Of a DNA stretch of 64,000 nt, positions 53,697-64,000 are shown piece after piece. The notes beneath the pieces were generated by a model, which saw nothing but the letters and a program-made list of their open reading frames with translations, made no database searches and was not told the DNA's origin. Origin of the DNA: Camelus dromedarius (Eukaryota); the NCBI RefSeq assembly GCF_036321535.1, contig NC_087436.1:100008001-100072000 (forward strand), read 5' to 3'. The position numbers and the translations under genes were made by a program. Numbering within the stretch: position 1 is the first letter of the stretch; every line of letters begins with the position of its first letter.

Positions 53697-53908
53697 CAAT
53701 CAGCCCTCTGTATCCACCAGTTTCCCACGTGCAGATTCAACCAGCCCAGGTTGGAAAATACTACCGATCCATATTGGTTGAATCTGTGGATGCCGGATGC
53801 TGAGGCTGCAGATGGGATAGGAAAGGCCAATTGGAGCACTGATGGATTTTAGTATCCCCGAGCCTCCTGGGACCTAGCCCCATGGATGCTGATAAGGAGG
53901 AGTAAGTG
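53697..53908 (-). mobile_element. TcMar-Tigger MITE (MER2-like)
   Basis: CAATCAGCCCTCTGTATCC...AGATTCAACC...GGTTGAATCT...TGGATTTTAGTATCC; TA on both sides. Confidence 0.8.
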
Positions 53909-54249
53909 TACTTACTTCTGTGAAACTAAAACCACTCAATGAAAAATACATTAAATCAAAAGTCACAGAGTGTAACTTGACAATGGGCAGCTGTACAAAT
54001 TAGAACCTGTAAAAGAGGGGCAACAGAGAGAAGGCTTAATTGGAAGGTGAATGCATGATTACCATGGTTCTTTTGCTGTCTAAATGCTATGCTGATCAAT
54101 GGCAATATATTTGTTAGTTTGTTCCTTTGTTTTATTTGTCCATGTATGCTGACAAAGGAGAGGAATAAGGACAAGGTGAATTTTAAATACAAATTCACCT
54201 TAAAAAATATGTATTCTTCCCATTTTTTTGGTTTAAAAATTCCCTATTC

Positions 54250-55305
54250 CCTTTTCATCCAGTTTATTGAGATGTACTTGACATATAACATTGTATAAGT
54301 TTAAGTGTATAGCCTGATAATTTGATATACATACGTACATTGCAAAATTATTACAATAAGGCTGGTTAACTAATCTACTGCCCCACATATTTACCTTATT
54401 ATTTTGTGTTTGTATGATGAGAACATTTAAGATCTACTCTCTCAACAACTTCAAGTACATAATACAGTATTTTTTTTGAAATATAATCAGTTACAATGTG
54501 TCAATTTCTGGTATATGGCATAATGTTTCAATCATTCATATACATACATATATTAGTCTTCATATTCTTTTTCATTATAAGTTACTACAAGGTATTGCAT
54601 ATAGTTCCCATGGCTATACAGAAGAAATTTGTATTTTTTAATCTATCTTATATATAGTGATTAATATTAGTAATTCTCAAACTCCCAATTTATCCCTTCC
54701 TACCTCCTTCCTCCTTTCCCCTCTGGTAACCTTAGGTTTGTTTACTATGTCTGTGAATCTGTTTCTGTTTTGTAGATGAGTTCATTAGTCTCTTCTTTTT
54801 CCTTTCTTCTTTTTTTTTTTTATTAAATTCCACATATAAGTGATATCATATATTTTTCTTTCTCTTTCTTCTGGCTTACTTCACTTAGAATAATGATCTC
54901 CAGGTCCATCCATATTGCTGCAAGCAGTATTGTTTTATTCTTTTTTATGGCTGAGTAGTATTCCATTGTATAAATATATCACAGCTTCTTTATACAGTCG
55001 TCTGTTGATGCACATTTACATTGTTTCCATGTCTTGTGTAAATAGTGCTGCTATGAATATTAGGGTGATATGTATCTTTTCAAATTAGAAGTCCCTCTGG
55101 ATATATGCCCAAGAATGAGATAGCTGGATCATATGGTGAGGTCTATTTTTAGTCTTTTGAGGTATCTCCATACTGTTTTCCATAATGGCTGAACCAAACT
55201 ATAATCCCATATTGTTAACTATAGTCACTGTGCTCTAAATTAGATCCTCAGAACTTGTTTGTCTTGTAACAAAATGTGTACCCTTTGACCAAGTCTCCCT
55301 GTTGC
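54250..55305 (-). mobile_element. L1MA9-like 3' end interrupted by a younger L1
   Basis: TGAGAACATTTAAGATCTACTCTC...AATACAGTATT (to about 54471) resumes as ATTGTTAACTATAGTCAC...AGATCCTCAGAACTT (from about 55211). Confidence 0.8.
54470..55210 (-). mobile_element. Cetartiodactyl/camelid L1 3' end (ORF2 C-terminus plus 3'UTR) nested in L1MA9
   Basis: Poly-T head; CTGGCTTACTTCACTTAGAATAA, TTTTATGGCTGAGTAGTATTCCATTGTA are the reverse complement of 2894-2992 motifs. Confidence 0.88.
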
Positions 55306-55497
55306 TTCTATCAAGCAATAGTACTATTGAACAGTAATATTTTGTTTGTACATTTTGATGTCTTTCACAAAAATTTAAAAGATGGTAACTTATGTTGATA
55401 TTTTTCATTTTTTTCCAAAAATGTTTTTTGATATCCAAATGTTTGAAGAAGAACCTTGAAGTTGCATATATGTGTTCAAGGATTGTGTTTCATAATT

Positions 55498-55556
55498 TTT
55501 TTTTAACTTTTTAAATTTTTTATTGATTTATAATCATTTTACAATGTTGTGTCAAA
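55498..55556 (-). mobile_element. Ultra-truncated young L1 3' tip with TSD
   Basis: 55516-55556 is the exact reverse complement of 3310-3350; TSD CATAATT at 55491-55497 and 55557-55563. Confidence 0.9.
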
Positions 55557-56959
55557 CATAATTCTTATATTACAAAAGATAGCACATTGCTGTTATGGTT
55601 AGAGAACATTAAAATTTTATTAATAATAATGAAAATACCTGGAGTTTTAGCTCTCCAGATTTTGCCTTGTATGTGTAAGTGGATGTAATAGAGAGAAAGG
55701 ATAGCATAATTCATTTATCATGCTACTAATTCAAATTTTGGGGGGGAACATGGCTTAGAGGTTTAAAACTTAACTTTGTAAGATTAATTGTGAATATCTT
55801 ATACTGATCAAAATAAAGTAGTATTGTGATGCTGTTTCTTACTACTACATTACATGGAGAAAAGTAAATACAATTAATCTAAAGAAAAAGAAAACTAAAT
55901 ACAATTTAAATTTTAATAGTTTTCTAATTTCAAAATATATTTGAAAATTTGAAAAACAATATATTGAATTAACATGCAATTTGGCTATGCCAAAATTTGG
56001 TGAGTTGATAAAAAGTGTTAACCTTTTTCCTTAACCTTTTGATCAGTGAAATAAGGTTATGTTATCACATTGAACTTTTGGAATCATAACTTTAAGAATA
56101 ATCAATAATGTGAAGCCAGCAGGGCTAATCTCATTGTTCTTTCAGAATGATTGATAGAAAGGGCTGGCTTTAAAACACAAAGCTGTCCAGTTTTGTTCCA
56201 TGACAAATAGCATCAGCATGATTATATCTGGAATAAAAAAATAAAATCACTCCCCAAAGCTTAAGGTCTGTACTAAATAAAACACTGGGAAACATTTAGC
56301 TTTTTGTGTTCCTAAATGACTAAAATTTATTCAAGCAAAGTTGATGAAAAAAGGGAATAATAGCAATTTTAAAAATCAGATTCAATTTAAAAGGCTTTTG
56401 ATCAAATATACAGCTTTGAGCAGCAAGTATACCCCACTTGGTAACTTTGCCAGATATCTTGCTTTTTGTTTGGACACTGCAATATAAAAGTGCTCATGTT
56501 GGCAATAAAACTAAGGGGGATTAATTAAGTGGTATAAACTAATGTAAATATGGTATTGTATTGTTTCAAGAAAATCAAGTTTTCCTTTATTTTTCTCAAC
56601 TAACTGTGGTCTCCAAAAATGCCTACTAGAAGAATGGATATTTTATATGAACTAAAAATTTAATAAACTCTTATTAACTAATGAGCCAGCTCTTTTTTCT
56701 TGTTGTTTAACCAAGTTATCTATTTGGAAACCAGTCTACTTGTCTCATCTGTATAAAGCCCAACAAGAAATCAGTAGAAGTATGTTTAAATTTTTAGATC
56801 TGAATGATAGAAACATAATTAAAACAACCTGAAGTTCCCTGAATGTAGTATACTCTTCCTTTGATTAAACTCTAACCAATACATGGGAGATTTTCTTTGG
56901 TAAAGTTTCTGTGTAAATATTAAATTAAATATTAAATATTTTGCCATTTTTATTTTTTT

Positions 56960-57700
56960 TTTTATATAGACTGTTAAAAGTTTTTTATACATTTGAAGTA
57001 CAATTTATTTATCCAATATATACTTTGCAAACATTTTTTTCCAGTCAGTTCTTTTGACAGTGTCTTTCAAAGAGCAAACATTCTTAGTTTCTCTCTCTTT
57101 TAAAAATTTTTGTTGAAAAATGGATTGTGCTTTTGGTGTCTTGGCTAAGAAATCTTTGCATAACCCAAGATCACGAAGATTTTCTCCTGTGTTTTTTCTA
57201 GAAGTTTTGTAGCATTAGGTTTTACATTTAGATCTATGATCCATCTTGAATTAATTTTGTAGTAGTATGAAATATGGATTAAATTTCAGATTTTTTACAA
57301 ATTATTATCCAAATATTTGAGTGTTATTCATTGAAAAGACAAGCCTTGCTCAATGAATGGCCATTTTGCCTTTGACAAAAATCAATTGTCAAAAGTTTGA
57401 AAACAAAATCTGAAAAAAGCCTATTTTTAAGCACCCTATTCCATTAATTTGTTTATCTTAACCTCTGCACCACACTGTCTTGAGTACTATAGCTTTATAA
57501 TATGTGTAAAAATTAGACTGTGCTACCCTTCCAACTATGTTCTATTTCAGTGTCATTTGGGCTATTTTAGAGATTTTAATTTTTACCAGATTTATACGGC
57601 AGTATTTTGTAGTTTTGATACTATTGTAAATCATATTTTTAAATTAAGTTTAAGAATTGTTATTACTTTAAAAAATAGAAAAATAAGTTTGGTTTAATTT
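56960..57700 (-). mobile_element. Old L1M ORF2 fragment
   Basis: TGTGCTTTTGGTGTC...AAGAAATCTTTG, TTTTACATTTAGATCTATGATCCAT and CACCACACTGTCTTGA. Confidence 0.8.
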
Positions 57701-57787
57701 TTATGTATTTCCTTGAAGACAGTGCCAGAAGATAGTGGTTATATAAGATACTAGAGCAAAGGATGTAATAATTTAACACATAAACAT

Positions 57788-58323
57788 TGTAGGGAAGAAA
57801 AATATTTTCCCCTTCAAGCTCTGAGTTCTCAGCTGAGACCCTTTCTGATAAAAGGCAGATTAACAGGAGAAAAACAATCAGAAGTTTATTAGCATGTATA
57901 CCTCATGTGTACATGGGAGATACCTAAAGAAAAATTGGTAACTTAAAGAGGTGGCTTAGAATTCAGGCTTAAACACCTTGTTGGGAAGGAGGAAGAGGAT
58001 ATAGGCCTCCTAGAGGAGAGTAAATGATTTTTAGGAAAGATGAACAGGCCCTTAGAAAAACAGATGGGAGATATGATAGTTTGTGACAAAGTTTGGGTGT
58101 GGTATCAAACTTTAGTCTCCTCTCCTGTGATGAGTCAGTCTACCCTGGTTGATGAAACTCCCAGGAGGCAATTTATGACAACTTGAATGCCTTTTGGTCA
58201 ATCTGTCTTTAGGCAGATAAGAAGAGTTCAGAAAAAAAACCCTCACCCAGTCCTTGCTAGTTTTTAACTGCCTTCAGCGCAAAATAAGCAATATAACAAA
58301 GTGGCATATTTTGCTACCTTTCA
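57788..58323 (-). mobile_element. ERV1 solo LTR (MER34/MER39-like family)
   Basis: TG...CA termini with 4-bp TSD ACAT (57784-57787, 58324-58327); AGATTAACAGGAGAAAAAC...AAGTTTATT shared in style with 26241-26795. Confidence 0.85.
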
Positions 58324-60794
58324 ACATCAGTGGGCTAAAATTTACCCTGAACTGGAAAGCAGTAGGGCATGTCTATGGTCACTTACGTTGGGGGAGAGGG
58401 GGAAGAATGCTGCTGCTCTGAGGCTGGCTGGGCAGTCGTGAATTCTCCCAATGAGCAGAGCCAAACTGGTGAGTAACAGCCTTAATACTGAAAGATCAGT
58501 GTTAAGATCATAAGCCAGGAATAGAAATTGGAAAACAGGGAAAAAATATCTGTGGTCAAATGTAAAATGAAAACAAAAGTATTAACTGGAAGTGACAATG
58601 TAAAAATGCATGTGGGATGAGTCTGAAAGGAAATGTGTGGAAAAATGAGTTATTTCACTGAGAATATAGACATATATGATGTGATTGTTTTCTTAATTTT
58701 TAAATGTATCACAATATTATAAAAGTTTTATAATAATAACAGTAACACTGATAATATTGTAAAAGTGTTTTATTTTGCTACATAGTTTTACATGCTAGGA
58801 ATGTTCACTTACAAAAAAAGATTCTGAATGTGATAGGAACTAATAAATATTGTCACTTATGAAATAATAGTTCTTCTGAAACGTGGATTATTTCACATAA
58901 CTCTGCTTTAATTGAATACATATGTATTCAGAATAAAAAAGAAAAAAAGAGGATGGAAAGAGAGAAAAACAAAAAACAATCTACCAATTAGTACCAGCAT
59001 CAAAATGATATTCTTAAGCAGATAGAACATCTGTGAATTCTTTTCCCTAAGAAATGATACTTAATCGCAATTTTATTTAGAACAAAGGATACTTGTATAA
59101 ACTTTAGTAAGTTTAGCTTCCATTTCTAACCTTGATTTTTACTTTTAACTTTGTGTATTCATGATAATATTTGAAGGTATAGTTTTTTTTTAAAACCCAA
59201 AGAGATTAAAAATCTTAAAGTCACAGCATTAGAATAAATGTCCTACAGTTTTAAATACTCTGGGTTTGCAATATTAGTATATTAAAACAATTCTGCTATA
59301 AAGTTAATGACATTACATCATATTTTATATAGGGAATGAAATTTTATTAGATAAAATCTTACCTAAGATTAAAAGTAACATGAAATTAACAATGACAATG
59401 GAAAATCAAATGATAAATATCTCAATATATGAATTTTAATACCATTTTCTACACATTTAAAATTTTTCTTGACATATTTCAATGTTGGTATGAAATAAGA
59501 GAAAAAATTTTCATGTGAAAATAAGTGTAAAATATACTTAAAACACACAATATGCAGAACATTTTCAGTAGTCATTTTACAAAGACTGACAGCAAACTGA
59601 AAAATGATAAGAGATTTTCTGAAAATATTCAGAATTTTTATAGTCAGTCAAGAGAAAAGCAAAAGTTGTTTTTTTTGGTGTCTATTGTATTTTCAAGAGT
59701 GCTACAAATAGAATAGTTAAAAAAAAAGAAGAAGAATTTTAAGAAGTACGGTAAAATATAGAATTTTTTTTTCTTATTGCTAGAATGCTTGGAAGTTATA
59801 ACCAAAAGAGCTCTTGACCTCATGAGCACCTCTATCTTTTATGAGAACAAAAATATCTCAAGTGGCACAGTGCTTCTTTTTCTACCCATGGTTTCATTAA
59901 TTTAGATATACTGTAAATGTTCTTTTTCAGTTTTCTTGTTTGGTCAAGTCAAAAGAGACTGTAATAGCTATGGGATCATAGGGAAAATGATGAAGGATTG
60001 ATGAAAGTGAAGTTAATCGGTTTCGGTATTGGCCTGTCAACTGGGTTGAATCTAGGATACAGAAGCCTTTTCTTTTAATTTTTTTTTCAAAAATAAATAA
60101 ATAAAAATAAATAAATTTATCCTTGAGGCAGCTACTTTCTCCACCTTACTATTGATCTTATTCATCATTAATATAGAATCACAGTTCAGAAAATTATAGA
60201 AACTAAGTGTACGTTTCAAATGTTTTAGTTAAATGTACTTGGCATTTATTGCAGTGGAAAAATCTGAATGCTTATTCACTTTCCTTTCCCTAAATTGCTG
60301 AAAATTTGGAAATGCCTTATTTAATAAGTAAAGTATGTCCTTCCAGACAAAAAAAATTATGTAAAATTAGATAGATACACAGCCACAATGAACTTACTAG
60401 TTTTAGGTAAAAGAAAATAGCAAGTAAAATAAACCTCCAGATTTTATTTTTAGCTTTAATTGGCTAAATGATCAAAGATACGTCTTTATTTCCTATAACT
60501 AGCTCTGCAGTTCTGTTGTCATTCTCTTTGGTTTCTGTTGTTAGCCCTAACCCAAGAAGGAGATTTAAAAAAAAAAGAAAATCTAAGTTCTTAACTTCTT
60601 AACAAAGTGTGTTATTCTCTCAAAACCAACCACCAGGTTCTGCTCAAATTAATACACTTAAAAGGACTTGTGGACTTTTGTCTTTCAGAAGGAAGCATTT
60701 TGAGAAAATATGCATCACAGAATAGTTTCTGAGTGATTTGTTCCTCAAAGAAATAAGTTTGTTGTACTTTGTCACTGACTTACAGTTTCCCTTA

Positions 60795-61045
60795 CTTTAA
60801 TTTTTCCCAGCTTTACTGAGGTATAACTGACAGGTAAACATGGTATATATTTAAGTGTACAACTTGATGATTCGATATGCATATATAGTAAAGTATTCAC
60901 CACTAGAAAGCTAATTAACATATCCATCACCTCATGTAGCTACTATTTCCCTATTTTTTGTGTGTATTTCAAGGATATAGTCACACTGTCATATATTTGA
61001 TCTATAGAATTTATTATTCTGGCATAAATGAAACTTTGTAGCTTT
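60795..61045 (-). mobile_element. L1MA-like 3' end fragment
   Basis: CAGCTTTACTGAGGTATAACTGACA...GCTAATTAACATATCCATCACCTCA. Confidence 0.8.
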
Positions 61046-62599
61046 GCTTACATTTTAATCTGTCAAGAATTTTTAATTTTTCTGAAGCCAGGGGAGTAAG
61101 TTAGTTATATAAAATGGGAATTTTAAAAATGAACTCAGGCTTCATTGGCCTTTTATGTGCTAAAGATTTAACAAACAATGATCTTTACTAAAATGCTAAC
61201 TACATGAAAAGTGGGAAGAGATTCATAATTAATCACACTGATAAAAATTCTGTTTTTGGCTTTATTTTACTTTAAAAGTCCAATTCTTAAGACAATTAAA
61301 TTTCCCCATGTTTTACTTTAATATCTGAAGTTTTCCAAGTGTGTAACGATAGTGATCATTTGACATAAGGAAGGAAGAATACTGCTCCTGGGAGCTGTTC
61401 TAAAAAAGTACAAACCAATGTCTCAGACGAATAAAGAATCTGACAAGTAGTGAAGGGCCCTGCCCTGGTGAAACTGTGCTAATTGGTAATTACTTCACCC
61501 ATCTAGTCATCTAGTGTGATCTTAATTCCAAAACACTGAAGCAGATTGAATCTAAAAAAAAAAAAAAAGTGAATTGAGTAAGAATGTACTCACCACTCAT
61601 TTTATCTCTATTGGATTTGGAGAATTGATTTATGGCAATTTTGAGCAATTGCCCAATTTAAGGGGAATTATTTCAGATGGTGTTCACTGTAATTTTAAAG
61701 TTCCTGTCTTTTCTTGAGGTTACTATATCATTGATAACTGAAATTTCTCTCAGAGCTGTTCCATTGCAAATAAACAATTTGAGCTTCACTTTATTATTTA
61801 TAAGTCAGTGATGTCAGGAACAATGAAAGAGATATTCATCTACTTGGCAGATTTCATAGAAACATGCATTTATGAAATACTGATGTTATATCTGCACTGC
61901 ATAATGGCAATATGTACTCAAGAGTAACCTGTTTGCAAGACTATTGTATTATAATCGCCATCCTCTTGGGGAGTCATTTAATCAAAATAGCTCTGCTTAA
62001 GTGCACTACAAAGAGGAGACATGACAAAAATGTCAGAGAATCAAGGAGAGACAAAGGACTAGAAATTGTAACACTGAAAGTAATTTAGTGCCTTGAGGAA
62101 TGGTAATTTTTCTTTTCCCTTAAACTTGAGGTGGAAAAAGCTCAGATAAGTCAGGAATGTCAGAGCTACAACTGAGATCTCAGTGAATGGCTAAATAAAT
62201 TCTCTTATCCATAAACAACTAAACACGTAGATAAAACGTGTTAAGTGAAAATGGAAACGTAAGTCACACTGTGCTCCTTAATAATCAGTGTTAGTGAAAC
62301 ACTCATTGGTATCATATGATTATAAGCAATCGGCTTCTTAACTCCTTTTTGTGTAACATAACTTCAAGTAGTCTTTCCCGTAATTCTGTGAGCCAAATTC
62401 CAGCAATGCTCATGAGTTGCAATAAGGAGTTAAAGAACGTAATGTCCTTGCATAATAAATCAGGTATTAAGATATAGACTCTTACCTTACTCTGGAAATC
62501 TATGGTAATTACTTTATTAATGAATAGTATGTGTTTAACCAACATGCCTAATTATCTTAAACTTTGATTATTGAGGATAAAACAATACAAGAGGCACAG

Positions 62600-62990
62600 G
62601 ATGTTAGAGAGAGTTTTACTTCTTCTATTTATTTACTTCTGTGTGTGAATTCATCATCACCTTTCTTCATTGTAAATGCATCACATCAAAATTTCTTCCA
62701 AACTATCTTTACAGGCTTCTTCTCCTGTAATTTCCTCCTATAGTCCAATAACAGTGATTTTTCTTCCTCATTGGTAGTCACTACTTTGGCATTATACAGT
62801 TACTGATATTACCATATTAATCTTTTTTCAAAGCATTGCAGCTTATAGTACATGCCCACACGTGGCCACCTTTTTAAAATTCGTAATCTACTTCAAAGTA
62901 ATCAAGGATGGTCCTTTGTTGACTTTCTCTGTCTCTGGCATTAACTGTTATTACTGAGCAATATATTTCTCCTAATACCTCAGGCTACTG
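62600..62990 (+). mobile_element. Probable L2 fragment
   Basis: TCAAGGATGGTCCTTTGTTGACTTTCTC...CTGAGCAATATATTTCTCCTAATAC-like L2 motifs; weak match. Confidence 0.35.
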
Positions 62991-63349
62991 TTGGTAGCAG
63001 GTGGGTTATAAAATATAAATTATGAATACAAATTTGATGCCATATTTCTAGCAGAGCTTAGCTGCTTGGTGTTTGAGAATTCACTTGCTTCAATATGTTC
63101 CATGTACTCTCCCATTATTGCTCTGATTTCAAGAGCATTACACATCTTACATGCCAATCATGTACCAGTGTTTCAACCAAACATGGCTCAAAATTTATTT
63201 CTTACAAGATGATCCTACAACCGTGGATGGTCTTTCTGACAAAATCCACCTAAACACTGATCCAGTCCTTTTAGATATCATATACTTTCGTATTTCATTA
63301 TTTTAAGGAAGACTTACCATTTAATTCAAAATGATTTTAAATGTCAGTG

Positions 63350-63487
63350 ATAATTATATTAATAATGAGTAACATTTTTGAGGATTTACTATTTTTCAGA
63401 CACTGGGTTAAGTGTGCCATATGAATTATTTAACGCAGTAAACTCTAAGAGGTAAGGGTAGCTCTATTAATTTTTCACAGATAATAT
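63350..63487 (-). mobile_element. MIR 3' part, abutting an LTR
   Basis: TAACATTTTTGAGGATTTACTA...CAGACACTGGGTTAAGTG...TAAGAGGTAAG...TTTTCACAGAT. Confidence 0.7.
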
Positions 63488-64000
63488 AGTTCGACTGAAA
63501 TAAAATGCTCAACCTGAAAGTTGAGAGTTATGTTTTATTCAGCAAACTTTCTGAGGACTCAGCCCAGGATGACAGCCTCTCAGATAGCTCTGAACTACCT
63601 TCAAATTGCTCTGAAGAGGTAAGGGAGGAGCCAGGATATATAGGATTTTTTTTTACAACAAAGACCAGGTAGTCAGAACATCAAAAGATTACTGTTAGTT
63701 AAAGAAAACCAGACATCTCAAGTTAAAGAATTTAGCACTTTTCTGTTTTAGGGAAGGTGCAAAGTTCCAGGCTCATTGAAATCATTCCTTTTATATGCAC
63801 CTAGCTATCTAGGGTCAGTCTCCTGTTCTTTCACATCATGAGTTCCCTTAGGGTGCACCGCTGGGGGTGGCTGCAGAGGCTGGCTACCTGCTTGTCTGCA
63901 TTCTGAGCTCCTTCTGCTCACTATGGGGTGGCAGTAGCAGCTGATGACTTAATGGCCTCAGCATTCTTTGTTTACCGATATGGCTGGCAATATTTTTCAT
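63488..64000 (-). mobile_element. ERV1-class LTR (Laurasiatherian MER41-like), running off the window end
   Basis: AAAGTTGAGAGTTATGTTTTATT...CAGCCTCTCAGATAGCTCTGA...GAACATCAAAAGATTACTG...CTCATTGAAATCATTCCTT. Confidence 0.8.

Noticed and set aside
54173..54201. 11-bp stem hairpin AAGGTGAATTT-N7-AAATTCACCTT
   Set aside because: Within chance expectation, with no other ncRNA features.
62338..62433. TTAACTCCTT...AAGGAGTTAA inverted repeat, piggyBac-like mini element
   Set aside because: Only 10 bp of complementarity across about 100 bp; many such pairs are expected by chance in 64 kb of AT-rich DNA.

Overview
AT-rich mammalian genomic DNA with no recognisable host protein-coding exon; it looks like a gene desert or a large intron. 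It is most likely camelid (Camelus/Vicugna), inferred from two tRNA-derived Vic-1-like SINEs and the L1 3'UTR type. The only long coding sequence is the 3' part of a young, lightly damaged LINE-1 ORF2 at 1-3360, carrying one nonsense codon and one 2-bp frameshift. The rest is layered transposon debris: old L1M fragments, L2, MIR, MaLR/ERVL/ERV1 solo LTRs, Tigger-type MITEs, a Charlie1 fragment and microsatellites. The most unusual item is a ~410-bp foldback-like insertion at 18281-18692. It is built from degenerate CATTTGGTCC-containing units, direct then inverted, and has a near-perfect 10-bp flanking duplication. Other structural oddities are an internally deleted L1MC, a twin-priming-type inverted L1MC, several very short L1 insertions and two CpG-retaining non-repeat islands. 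I found no convincing evidence of a novel multi-gene system. Repeat family names come from remembered consensus sequences and need Dfam/Repbase confirmation.
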